From NCBI GenBank assembly GCA_011620555.1, contig WOYY01000070.1:12163-76162 (forward strand): 64,000 nucleotides of DNA, given 5' to 3'. Of the stretch, positions 36,147-45,126 are shown piece by piece (positions within the stretch are counted from its first letter, which is position 1; every line of letters starts with the position of its first letter). The notes beneath the pieces were generated by a model. The model was given only the letters and a program-made list of their open reading frames with translations. It searched no databases and was not told the origin of the DNA. This DNA is from Anaerolineaceae bacterium (GTDB taxonomy: Bacteria; Chloroflexota; Anaerolineae; Anaerolineales; Anaerolineaceae). Position numbers and translations under genes: made by a program.

Positions 36147-38720
36147 ATGATCCCTGTCAGACTCAAACTGCAAGGTTTTCTTTCTTACCGCGAGCCGGTC
36201 GAGGTGGATTTCACCGGATTCAACCTGGCCTGCATCTCGGGTGAGAACGGCGCGGGGAAATCGTCCCTGCTGGATGCGATCACCTGGGCGCTCTTTGGCC
36301 GGGCGCGCAAAGCCGATGAATCGGTGATCAATACCCACCCGGATATTAAAAAGGCTGAGGTCACGCTCGATTTTGACTACGAAGGCAACCGCTACCGGGT
36401 GGTGCGCAGCAACCCGCAGGGCAAGACCTCAACGGCGGCCTTCTTTATCCGCGCCCAGGGGGAGGGCGAGGAGCAATGGAACACGCTCAGCGAGCGGACG
36501 CTGCGGGAGACCGATGCGAAGATCGTGGAAACGCTGCGAATGGACTACGACACCTTCACCAATGCGTCCTTCTTTTTGCAGGGCAAGGCGGACCAGTTCG
36601 CCACGGCCCGCCCGGCGGAGCGCAAGCAGATCCTGAGCAACATCCTTGGATTGGAAATCTGGGAGACCCGCCGGGAAGGGATGGCCCAAAAGCGGCGTGA
36701 GACCGATAAACAGGTCGAGGGGCTGGATGGGCGGCTGGGCGAGATCCAGGCCGAGCTGGACGAGGAACCCCAGCGCCTGGCGCACCTGGCCGAGTTGCAG
36801 GAAAAACTGGCGGACCTTGAAGCCCGGCGCGTGGAAAGCGCCCGCACGCTGGAAAACGTCCAGCGTTTGCAGGCCGCGCTGGATGAACAGCGCAAGCTGG
36901 TGGCTACACTCCAGACCCAGCTGGCGAATGCCGAAAAAGCGCTGGACCGCACCCGCACAACCCTGGCGGAACGCCGGGCGGACCAGGCCGGCTATACCGA
37001 AATTCTGGCCCGGGCGGATGAGATTGAACAGGCCTACACCGACTGGCAGGCGGCCCGCCAGAGCCTCGAGGCGATGGAGGAGGTCGCGGAGCAATTCCGC
37101 CAGCATGAGGCCTTGCGGCATGAACCGCTGGCCGCGATCCGGGCAGAGGAAGCCCGGCTGGCCCAGGAGCAGGAGGGCCTGGAGGCCCAGCGGGCTGCGC
37201 TGGCCAGGGCGCAGGCTGAGGGCGAGTCGCTCGAAAAGCAGTTGGCGGAAGCCCGGGGAAAGGCGGCGGCGTTGCAGGCTAAGCTCGCCGAGCGGCAGCA
37301 GCTGGAAGAGGCGCTCCGCAAATTGCAGGCGGACCAGGCCGAGGCCAAGGCCGAGAACCCCCGCCTGCGGGATGAGATGCTCGAACTGAAGGACCGGATT
37401 GACCAGCTTTCGGCGGTGGATGGGGCGGAATGCCCGCTCTGCGGCCAGCCGCTGGCCGCGCATGACCGGCAGGCACTGGTTGAGCACCTGACGCAAAAGG
37501 GGTCGGGCCTGGGCGACCGCTTCCGCGAGAACAAGCAGCTTTTGGAAAACTTTGAATCCCAGCTGCGGCAGATGGGCGCCCAGCTGGCAGACCTGAAAGG
37601 CGTGGACGCCGAACTGCGCGAAGCCACCCGCCGCGCGGACCAGCTGGCCCATCAACTGGAAACTCTCAAGGCCCAGCAGGCCGACTGGGAAGCCACCGGC
37701 GCGGCCCGGCTGACTGAGATCCAGGCGATTTTGAAGGCGAAGTCCTTTGCGCCGGACGCGCGGCAAAAGCTGGCCGAGATCGACCAGGAACTGGAAGCGC
37801 TGGGCTATGACCTGGCGGCGCACCAGCAATTGCGCCAGGCCGAACAGGCCGGACGGGAAGCGGAGGCCGACCTGCGCGCCCTGGAACAGGCGCGGGCCGC
37901 CCTGGGACCGATCGAGCGCGAGATCGCGGGGCTGGAAGAGCAGCTGGCGGAGCAGGAAAAGGCGGCGCAGGACCTGGCCGAGGCGCACACTGCCGCGGCC
38001 GCGAATTTTGCCGCGACGCAAACGGACCTGCCCGACCTCGCGGCGGCCGAAAATGCCCTGCACGACAGCCAGGAGCAGGAGAACCTGCTGCGGCTGAAAG
38101 TGGGCGGTGCGAACCAGAAAGTGGCCGTGCTGGATACCCTGCGCAGGCGCAAAGCGGATCTGGAGCAAGAGCGGGAAGCCCTGAGCCACCAGATCGCTGA
38201 TCTGCGCCAGTTGGAGCGGGCCTTCGGCAAGGACGGCATCCCGGCCCTGCTGATCGAGCAGGCCCTGCCGGAGATCGAAGAGACGACCAACGAATTGCTC
38301 TCCCGGCTCTCGAATGGGCAGATGGCCTTCCGCTTTGAAACCCAGCGGCAATATAAGGACAGCAAGCGCGAGGACCTGAAAGAGACCCTTGAGATGGTCA
38401 TCAGCGATGGGCTGGGTAAGCGGGATTATGAGATGTTCTCCGGCGGCGAGGCCTTCCGAGTGAACTTCTCGATCCGGCTGGCGCTCTCCAAGGTGCTGGC
38501 CCGGCGGGCGGGCGCGCGGCTGCAGACCCTGGTGATTGACGAGGGCTTTGGCAGCCAGGACGCGCAGGGCCGCCAGCGATTGGTGGAGGCGATCAACACC
38601 GTGCGGGATGACTTCGAAAAGATCCTGGTCATCACGCATTTGGAGGAACTCAAGGACGCCTTCCCAACGCGGATCGAGGTGACCAAGACGGAGAAAGGCT
38701 CACAGGTGCGGGTGGTGTAA
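36147..38720 (+). CDS. sbcC: Rad50/SbcC-type SMC ATPase
   Basis: GENGAGKS Walker A, CPLC zinc hook mid coiled-coil, FSGGE signature, LVIDEGFGSQD Walker B. Confidence 0.93.
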   Translation: MIPVRLKLQGFLSYREPVEVDFTGFNLACISGENGAGKSSLLDAITWALFGRARKADESVINTHPDIKKAEVTLDFDYEGNRYRVVRSNPQGKTSTAAFFIRAQGEGEEQWNTLSERTLRETDAKIVETLRMDYDTFTNASFFLQGKADQFATARPAERKQILSNILGLEIWETRREGMAQKRRETDKQVEGLDGRLGEIQAELDEEPQRLAHLAELQEKLADLEARRVESARTLENVQRLQAALDEQRKLVATLQTQLANAEKALDRTRTTLAERRADQAGYTEILARADEIEQAYTDWQAARQSLEAMEEVAEQFRQHEALRHEPLAAIRAEEARLAQEQEGLEAQRAALARAQAEGESLEKQLAEARGKAAALQAKLAERQQLEEALRKLQADQAEAKAENPRLRDEMLELKDRIDQLSAVDGAECPLCGQPLAAHDRQALVEHLTQKGSGLGDRFRENKQLLENFESQLRQMGAQLADLKGVDAELREATRRADQLAHQLETLKAQQADWEATGAARLTEIQAILKAKSFAPDARQKLAEIDQELEALGYDLAAHQQLRQAEQAGREAEADLRALEQARAALGPIEREIAGLEEQLAEQEKAAQDLAEAHTAAAANFAATQTDLPDLAAAENALHDSQEQENLLRLKVGGANQKVAVLDTLRRRKADLEQEREALSHQIADLRQLERAFGKDGIPALLIEQALPEIEETTNELLSRLSNGQMAFRFETQRQYKDSKREDLKETLEMVISDGLGKRDYEMFSGGEAFRVNFSIRLALSKVLARRAGARLQTLVIDEGFGSQDAQGRQRLVEAINTVRDDFEKILVITHLEELKDAFPTRIEVTKTEKGSQVRVV

Positions 38721-38773
38721 GGGGGGGGGGAATTGCTCATCACTCCGCTCTGCTCCGGGCGCATTATCCTTCG

Positions 38774-38795
38774 CCTTCGGTTTCGTCGCAATCAC
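38774..38795. repeat. Dispersed 22-bp repeat, copy 2
   Basis: ccttcggtttcgtcgcaatcac, 18/22 identical to 10121-10142. Confidence 0.5.
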
Positions 38796-38807
38796 AAGAG
38801 TGGGTCG

Positions 38808-38934
38808 CTGACCCACCGTGAAATCAACAGGTCCCCGTCCATCAAGACGGAGGGGCTGTTTTGATGGGGGAGCTTAGGTCCGCCTGCACTTTCCACTCCA
38901 CAACTTTCGCTTGGATATCAATAGCTTCGCTTTC
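38808..38934. repeat. Left imperfect direct repeat (degenerate copy of the lpdA 3' end plus terminator)
   Basis: Shares ttgatgggg.a.cttaggtccgcctg, caactttcgctt and atagcttcgc with 42528-42653. Confidence 0.85.
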
Positions 38935-39037
38935 CATCTTGTGACATTTGTTGCCTCTGGCAGGAAGATTGTCATGCGCAAAAAAAAGGGGTTTGTAACA
39001 GCCTTGTAACGAGGATGCGTAGAATTAGGATGTTAAC

Positions 39038-39055
39038 TAGTGAAATAATTCACAA
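39038..39055. promoter_or_regulatory. Rex-type operator
   Basis: TAGTGAAATAATTCACAA, one mismatch to TTGTGAA-N4-TTCACAA; lies between a TAGAAT -10 (39020) and the acyl-CoA dehydrogenase start. Confidence 0.75.
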
Positions 39056-39086
39056 TATAACCCCTATTTAATGTGGAAGAGGCCCT

Positions 39087-40226
39087 ATGGAATTTTCACT
39101 TAACCCCACTCAAATGATGATCCAGCAGATGGCGCGGAAGTTCGCGTTGAACGAAGTGAAGCCCACTGCGGCTGATACGGATGAAACCGCTGTTTTCCCC
39201 TGGGAAAATGTCAAGAAGATGCAGCGTTACGGCCTGATGGGGATGAATATGCCTGTCGAGGTGGGCGGCGCAGGGACGGACGATATCAGTTATGTGATCG
39301 CGGTGGAAGAGCTTTCAAAAGTCTGCGCCACCACCGGCGTGATCCTGTCCGCGCACAACTCCCTGTTTTGCGACCCCTTATTAAAATTTGGGACCCCCGA
39401 ACAACAGGAGCACTATTTGCGCCCTGCGGCCAGCGGCAAAAAATTGGGCGCGTTCGCTCTGACGGAACCCAACGCCGGGACTGATGCCGCTTCTCAGGTC
39501 ACCCGCGCGGTCAAAGTTGAAAAGGGTTACCGTCTGAACGGCACCAAAATTTTCATCACCAATGCGGGCGAAGCCGATTATTATGTGATTTTTGCGATGA
39601 CCGATGCCAGCAAGGGCACCCGGGGAATCTCAGCCTTTATTCTGGAAAAGGGCTGGGAAGGATTCACCTTTGGGCGGGTGGAGGAAAAGATGGGGATTCA
39701 TGGGTCTTCTACGCGTGAGCTGGTCTTCAGAGATGTGTTTGTGCCCCAGGAAAACCTTTTGGGCCAGGAAGGGGAGGGCTTCAAAATCGCCATGGTCACC
39801 CTGGATGGCGGCCGAATTGGGATCGCCGCTCAGGCCGTTGGGATCGCCCAGGGCGCACTGGATGAAACGATTGCCTACATCAAGCAGCGCGAACAATTCA
39901 AACGTCCCATTTCCCAGTTTCAGGCCGTGCAATTTATGATCGCTGATATGCAGACCCAAACCAGCGCAGCCCGTTTGTTGACCTATCAGGCGGCTGACGC
40001 CAAAACCCGCGGCCTGCCTTACTCGGATCTGGCGGCGATGGCCAAGCTCTTTGCCTCCGAAACCGCTGGTTTTGTGACCAATAAGGCCGTGCAGCTGCAT
40101 GGCGGCTATGGTTACACCCGGGAATATCCAGTGGAACGGATGATGCGGGACGCCAAAATCACTGAAATTTATGAGGGCACCTCTGAAGTGCAGCGCATGG
40201 TGATCTCCTCCCACGCGATTGGTTAG
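39087..40226 (+). CDS. bcd: Acyl-CoA dehydrogenase, butyryl-CoA dehydrogenase-like
   Basis: FALTEPNAGTDA, NGTKIFITN, KMGIHGSST, LDGGRIGIAAQAVG, KITEIYEGTSEVQR. Confidence 0.9.
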   Translation: MEFSLNPTQMMIQQMARKFALNEVKPTAADTDETAVFPWENVKKMQRYGLMGMNMPVEVGGAGTDDISYVIAVEELSKVCATTGVILSAHNSLFCDPLLKFGTPEQQEHYLRPAASGKKLGAFALTEPNAGTDAASQVTRAVKVEKGYRLNGTKIFITNAGEADYYVIFAMTDASKGTRGISAFILEKGWEGFTFGRVEEKMGIHGSSTRELVFRDVFVPQENLLGQEGEGFKIAMVTLDGGRIGIAAQAVGIAQGALDETIAYIKQREQFKRPISQFQAVQFMIADMQTQTSAARLLTYQAADAKTRGLPYSDLAAMAKLFASETAGFVTNKAVQLHGGYGYTREYPVERMMRDAKITEIYEGTSEVQRMVISSHAIG

Positions 40227-40237
40227 AAAGGAAAAAC

Positions 40238-41035
40238 ATGAAAATCATTGTTTGCGTCAAGCAGGTCCCCGATACAAAAGAAATCCGCATCGACCCGGAA
40301 AAGGGCACGATGATTCGCAAAGGCGTTCCCTCCATCATCAATCCCGATGACCGCCACGCGCTTGAATATGCGCTTTCTTTAAAAGACCAGGATTCCAATA
40401 CCGAAGTCGTGGTCCTCAGCATGGGCCCGAAACAGGCAAAAAACGCCCTGATCGAATGCCTGTGCATGGGCGCGGATCAGGCCATCCTGCTTTCTGATAG
40501 CGCTTTCAGCGGGGCGGATACCTGGGCGACCGCCAATACCCTGGCCGCGGCTGTTCGAAAACTGATGCCGTTTGACCTGATCCTCTGCGGGCAGCAGGCC
40601 ATTGATGGCGACACCGCTCAGGTCGGGCCGCAGCTGGCTGAACGCCTGGCGATCCCGCAGGTGACCTATACCCGGGCGATTCAATTGGAGGATCATGCCA
40701 TTGTGGTTGAGCGCCAGATGGAAGACGGCTACGAGGTGGTAAAGGCCGCCTTGCCCGCGCTGATTACCGCCACCCGCAAGTTGAACACTCCCCGTTACAT
40801 GAATATTCGGGACATTGTCAAAATTCACCAGATGGATGACCCGGTCCAGATCTGGGACTTGAATTATCTGAAACTGGATCCCGATCAGACAGGCCTGAAA
40901 GGCTCTCCGACCCGCGTCAAGCGCTCTTTCTCCCCCACGCCCTCCAGCGAGGTGACCTTCCTCACCGGTTCAACCGAGGAGATGGTGTCCTCCCTGCTCG
41001 ATGCGCTGAAAAACCTGAACCTGATTGGAAAGTGA
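40238..41035 (+). CDS. etfB: Electron transfer flavoprotein beta subunit
   Basis: VCVKQVPDT, CGQQAIDGDTAQVGPQ, GLKGSPTRV. Confidence 0.95.
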   Translation: MKIIVCVKQVPDTKEIRIDPEKGTMIRKGVPSIINPDDRHALEYALSLKDQDSNTEVVVLSMGPKQAKNALIECLCMGADQAILLSDSAFSGADTWATANTLAAAVRKLMPFDLILCGQQAIDGDTAQVGPQLAERLAIPQVTYTRAIQLEDHAIVVERQMEDGYEVVKAALPALITATRKLNTPRYMNIRDIVKIHQMDDPVQIWDLNYLKLDPDQTGLKGSPTRVKRSFSPTPSSEVTFLTGSTEEMVSSLLDALKNLNLIGK

Positions 41036-41045
41036 GAAAACGGCC

Positions 41046-42044
41046 ATGAATAACGAAAACAACAATGTTTGGGTCTTTGCTGAACAAACGGGCGGCGAGA
41101 TCTTCCCGGTGGTCTTTGAAATTCTTACGGAAGCGCGGGCAATTGCCGCTAAGCTGGGGACCGGTCTGAGCGCGGTGATGTTGGGCTACCAGGTTGAGGA
41201 CCTGGCTGAACCATTGCGGGCCTATGGCGCCCAAACCATCTATGTCTGCGATGCGCCGGAATTCAAAGATTACACCACAGCCGCCTATACCCAACAGCTC
41301 GCAGCTTTAGTGGGCCAACACGCCCCCGCCGTGCTGTTCATCGGCGCAACGCATAATGGCCGCGATCTGGGCCCGCGCTTGGCCTCGCGCCTGAATACCG
41401 GTCTGACTGCCGACTGCACCGGCCTGGATGTGGACCTGGAAAAGGGCGACCTGTTGATGACCCGTCCGGCCTTTGGCGGGAACCTGATGGCCACCATTGT
41501 CTGCCCCAGCCATCGCCCGCAGATGGCCACGGTCCGCCCGGGAGTGTTCAAGTCGCTGCCGGTGGAGTCCCCTTCAAAAGCTCAGATCGTAAAAGTCCCC
41601 CCTGAAATTCATCCGGGTGATCTGCAGACTGAGATCCTTCGCATTGTAAAGGAAAAATCACAGGAAGAAGAGATCACCCGGGCCAAGATCCTCGTTGCCG
41701 GCGGGCGGGGCCTGGGAAGCGCGGCCGGTTTTGACCTTTTGCAGGAATTGGCGGACTGCCTGGGTGGGACAGTGGCCGCTTCCCGGGCCACGGTGGATGC
41801 AGGCTGGATCAGCAATGCCCGCCAGGTCGGGCAGACCGGTAAAACCGTCCAGCCCGAGTTGTATATCGCCTGTGGCATTTCCGGCGCGATCCAGCATCTG
41901 ATCGGGATGAATAAATCCCGGACCATCGTGGCCATCAATAAGGACAGCAGCGCCCCCATTTTTAAAATTGCACATTATGGGATTGTGGGGGACTTGTATC
42001 AGATTATCCCGGCAATGATCGAACAACTTTCATCAAAACCTTAA
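41046..42044 (+). CDS. etfA: Electron transfer flavoprotein alpha subunit
   Basis: GRDLGPRLA..L.TGLTADCT, TRPAFGGN, QVGQTGK, GISGAIQHLIGM. Confidence 0.95.
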   Translation: MNNENNNVWVFAEQTGGEIFPVVFEILTEARAIAAKLGTGLSAVMLGYQVEDLAEPLRAYGAQTIYVCDAPEFKDYTTAAYTQQLAALVGQHAPAVLFIGATHNGRDLGPRLASRLNTGLTADCTGLDVDLEKGDLLMTRPAFGGNLMATIVCPSHRPQMATVRPGVFKSLPVESPSKAQIVKVPPEIHPGDLQTEILRIVKEKSQEEEITRAKILVAGGRGLGSAAGFDLLQELADCLGGTVAASRATVDAGWISNARQVGQTGKTVQPELYIACGISGAIQHLIGMNKSRTIVAINKDSSAPIFKIAHYGIVGDLYQIIPAMIEQLSSKP

Positions 42045-42054
42045 GGACTATACT

Positions 42055-42492
42055 ATGAACTATGAAGATTTCACCGTAGGACAAGAATACCAACAGACCA
42101 TTCGCATCACACAAGATCAAATCAATGCCTTTGCCCAGGTTTCCGGCGATCATAATCCGCTCCATACGGACCCTGAGTTTGCCCGTAAGTCCATTTTCGG
42201 TAAGACGATTGCTCATGGGATGTATGGCCTCAGCCTGATCTCGGCGGCGTTGGGAACGCATTTCCCGGGGTTTGGCACCATCTATATGGGCCAGGAAGCA
42301 AAATTTCTCAAACCGATCTTCATTGATGAATCGGTGCGAATCGAGTTGCGTGTGAAAGAACTGCAACCCGAAAAGAAACGCATGCTGATTGCGACCACCA
42401 TCATCAAGGAAAACGGCGAAATCGCCATTGATGGTGAAGCACGGGTGCAGTATAACCCGGATCTGTTTGGGGCGGGGTCCAGCCCTGCCTAA
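42055..42492 (+). CDS. MaoC family (R)-specific enoyl-CoA hydratase/dehydratase
   Basis: FAQVSGDHNPLHTD, IAHGMYG, FLKPIFIDE. Confidence 0.9.
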   Translation: MNYEDFTVGQEYQQTIRITQDQINAFAQVSGDHNPLHTDPEFARKSIFGKTIAHGMYGLSLISAALGTHFPGFGTIYMGQEAKFLKPIFIDESVRIELRVKELQPEKKRMLIATTIIKENGEIAIDGEARVQYNPDLFGAGSSPA

Positions 42493-42527
42493 AATTTGGC
42501 GGGTTGTGCGCTGAAACTCAAAAGCTC

Positions 42528-42653
42528 CTGACCATCCTGGAAATAAAAAGGTCTCCCGTCGTGATTGACGGGAGACCTTTTTGATGGGGAACTTAGGTCC
42601 GCCTGTTAGTTCAATTATACAACTTTCGCTTAGATGTGGATAGCTTCGCCTTC
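42528..42653. repeat. Right direct repeat (authentic lpdA 3' end plus terminator)
   Basis: Aligns with 38808-38934. Confidence 0.85.
42546..42582. terminator. Bidirectional intrinsic terminator between maoC and lpdA
   Basis: aaaaaggtctcccgtc-gtgatt-gacgggagaccttttt perfect stem with A/T tracts on both sides. Confidence 0.9.
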
Positions 42654-44033
42654 GGCGCCGGCTGCGGCTTCCATGATGGCCTCGCTCAGCGTCGGGTGCG
42701 CATGCACGTTGCGGGCGATCTCATGCGCGGTCAGCTCGAAGCGCTGGGCCAGGGTCAGCTCGGGCAGCAGCTCGGAGACATCGGGGCCGACCATCTGGGC
42801 GCCGAGGATCTCGCCGTATTTCTTGTCGGTCACGACTTTGACAAAACCCTGATAGTCGTCCAGGCCGAGGGCCTTGCCGTTCGCCTGGAAGGGGAACTCG
42901 CCGACTTCAACGTCATAGCCCAATTCCTTGGCCTTGGCTTCAGTGTAACCGAAGGAGGCGGTCTGCGGGAAGCAGTAGGTGGCTCGGGGCATCATGTCGT
43001 AATTCAGAGTCACGGTTTCCACGCCGGCGATGTTCTCAGCCGCCACCACGCCCATCGCCTGCGCCACATGCGCCAGGAGCAGTTTTCCGGTCACATCGCC
43101 GATGGCCCAAATGCCTGGGACATTGGTCGCCATTTTCTCGTCAATGTCGATATGGCCGCGCTCGGTCAGCTTCACGCCGACATCTTCGAGGCCCAGCCCG
43201 GCGGTATTCGGCCGGAAGCCGATCGCCACGAGAGTGCGTTCCGCTTCGAGGACTTCTTCGCCCTCTTTACCTTCCACGGTCACCTGGGTGCCGCTCTTGG
43301 TGGTGGCAACACCCTTGACCTTGGTGCCGGTCATGATCTTGATGCCGCGCTTCTGATAGGCCTTTTCGATCTCTTTGGCTACGGCCTCATCTTCGGTGGG
43401 CAGCAGCTGGGGCAGCATTTCAACGATGGTCACATCCACGCCGTAGGCATTCCAAACGGAAGCGAATTCCACGCCGATCGCACCGCCGCCGATGATCACC
43501 GCGGAAGCCGGGAGCTTGTCGCTGAGGATCGCGGCTTCGTAGTCCACAACCTTTTCGCCATCCAGCTCGACGCCGGGGACAGTGAAGGGATGGGAGCCGG
43601 TGGCGATCACGATGTTCTTGGCTTTGAGGGTCTCGGCGTCGCCTTCTTCGGGGGTCACTTCGAGGGTGTCCTTGGCCGTCAGCTTGGCCGCGCCCATGAT
43701 CACATCAATGTTATTTTTCTTCATCAGGAAGGTGACCCCGCGCACCAGGCGCTGGGAGACCTTGCGGCTGCGGTCGTAGGCCACAGCGTAATCCAGTTCC
43801 AGGTTATCGAACTTGAAGCCGAATTCCTTGCCCCGTTCCCGCAGGGTGTGGGCGATATCCGCATTCCGCAGCAGGGCTTTGGAGGGAATGCAGCCGATAT
43901 TTAAGCAGACGCCGCCGAGGAAGCGTTTTTCCACGACCGCGGTCTTCAGGCCGAGCTGCGCGCTGCGGATGGCGGCAACGTATCCACCGGGGCCTGCGCC
44001 GATCACGACAACATCATATTCTTTCATTGACAA
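42630..44033 (-). CDS. lpdA: Dihydrolipoyl dehydrogenase (E3)
   Basis: [36 protein letters not shown]; own TATAAT at 44104-44109. Confidence 0.97.
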   Translation of the reverse strand: MSMKEYDVVVIGAGPGGYVAAIRSAQLGLKTAVVEKRFLGGVCLNIGCIPSKALLRNADIAHTLRERGKEFGFKFDNLELDYAVAYDRSRKVSQRLVRGVTFLMKKNNIDVIMGAAKLTAKDTLEVTPEEGDAETLKAKNIVIATGSHPFTVPGVELDGEKVVDYEAAILSDKLPASAVIIGGGAIGVEFASVWNAYGVDVTIVEMLPQLLPTEDEAVAKEIEKAYQKRGIKIMTGTKVKGVATTKSGTQVTVEGKEGEEVLEAERTLVAIGFRPNTAGLGLEDVGVKLTERGHIDIDEKMATNVPGIWAIGDVTGKLLLAHVAQAMGVVAAENIAGVETVTLNYDMMPRATYCFPQTASFGYTEAKAKELGYDVEVGEFPFQANGKALGLDDYQGFVKVVTDKKYGEILGAQMVGPDVSELLPELTLAQRFELTAHEIARNVHAHPTLSEAIMEAAAGAEGEAIHI

Positions 44034-44142
44034 AACTCTCTTTCTAAATTCAAGACGGCCGCTTTCGGGCTGTCATAGGTGTATATACTCCTGTTCGGCA
44101 TTTATTATACCGAATGTGTCCTCTTAGAGGGTTAATGAATGG

Positions 44143-44208
44143 TCAGGCTGTGGGCCAGCTCTGCAGCGCATCCACCACCGCGGCCAGGAATGAGTCGGCC
44201 GAAGCGCC
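44143..44208 (-). pseudogene. C-terminal remnant of dihydrolipoamide acyltransferase (E2)
   Basis: GASADSFLAAVVDALQSWPTA* resembles the E2 C-terminal helix that follows DHR..DG. Confidence 0.65.
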
Positions 44209-44209
44209 C

Positions 44210-44305
44210 GCCGTTATCTTCACCGATCACGAAGGTGTTGGGGTCGCGGGCCAGCTCCTCGTCCACCGCCTGGCGGATGGCTTCAACTCCGGTGATCTCA
44301 GCCAT
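44210..44305 (-). pseudogene. N-terminal remnant of 2-oxoacid dehydrogenase E1 beta
   Basis: MAEITGVEAIRQAVDEELARDPNTFVIGED; its ATG overlaps the E1 alpha stop. Confidence 0.8.
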
Positions 44306-44706
44306 GCTGCACCCCCTGCGCGGTATAGACCGGGAAGTCCGTGTCCTCCCCCCTTGGGGTAGGGCGATTCGGTGGCGACCCGCGCGCGGCGCAGGCCGAA
44401 ATGGCTGGGCATCTGCCGGGCGCCGGAGGTCGGTTTGGCCGCCTTGCCCATCAGGCTCATCGCGTATTCTGTGGGCTTCATGCCCATCACCAGCATCATC
44501 GCCAGGTCGCGGTAATAAAGGACCAGCCAGTCTTTGCCCTGTTTAAGCGCATAAACGGCGCCAAACTGCGCCGTTTCCTGACCGAACCCGGAGATATAAA
44601 ATGCAATTTTGCCCTGGCGAAGCGGCACCCAGGCGCGTTCATCCAGACGCCTGGAAAGCACCATCATCCAGAACATTTCTTTCTTTTGCTCCTTGGAAAG
44701 TGTCAT
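44298..44706 (-). pseudogene. Internally deleted and frameshifted 2-oxoacid dehydrogenase E1 alpha
   Basis: MVLSRRLDER..QGK..FYISG.GQE..YYRD..SGARQMPSHFG joined directly to ESPYP; the TPP-binding GDG motif is missing; the C-terminal tail is in another frame after a G run. Confidence 0.85.
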
Positions 44707-45126
44707 TCGTCAATCCTTCCGGGGAATAATATGACAATTTGACTATTATTTGTTGTATATGATGGTCTTACCATGCGCCGGGTTACAAAACAATTCCTCC
44801 CAGTTCACTCATGTTCATTTAATATCCATGAGTTAGAATACCTATTTAAGGTGGTGGTCACGCATTGTGAAAGCAGTGAGCTTGACAGCCAGTGCCCCTT
44901 TGGGGAATTTGGACCCTTGGCCGGTCCCGTGAAAGCGGATCAATTCCGAAGGCATTTGTTGAGAATCTCATTGCACTTTCTAGCTCACCTGCAGGAGAAC
45001 CAAGCCGCAATGAAAGCTGCATTGCGCTTCTTTCGGATGCTTGATGGAACAGAACTTGCAAACGTAAGAGGTAAGCGCGATACCGGTTGAGATCATAGAA
45101 GCAGTTGTTAAAAAGAGGGCCGACTT

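Noticed and set aside
42546-42619. Small RNA from the TATAAT just after the lpdA stop to the bidirectional terminator
   Set aside because: No -35 or proper extended -10; could be a chance hexamer in an AT-rich spacer
44773-45090. 105-aa ORF and overlapping small ORFs in the 44.7-45.1 kb spacer
   Set aside because: No motifs or convincing RBS; more likely divergent promoter DNA
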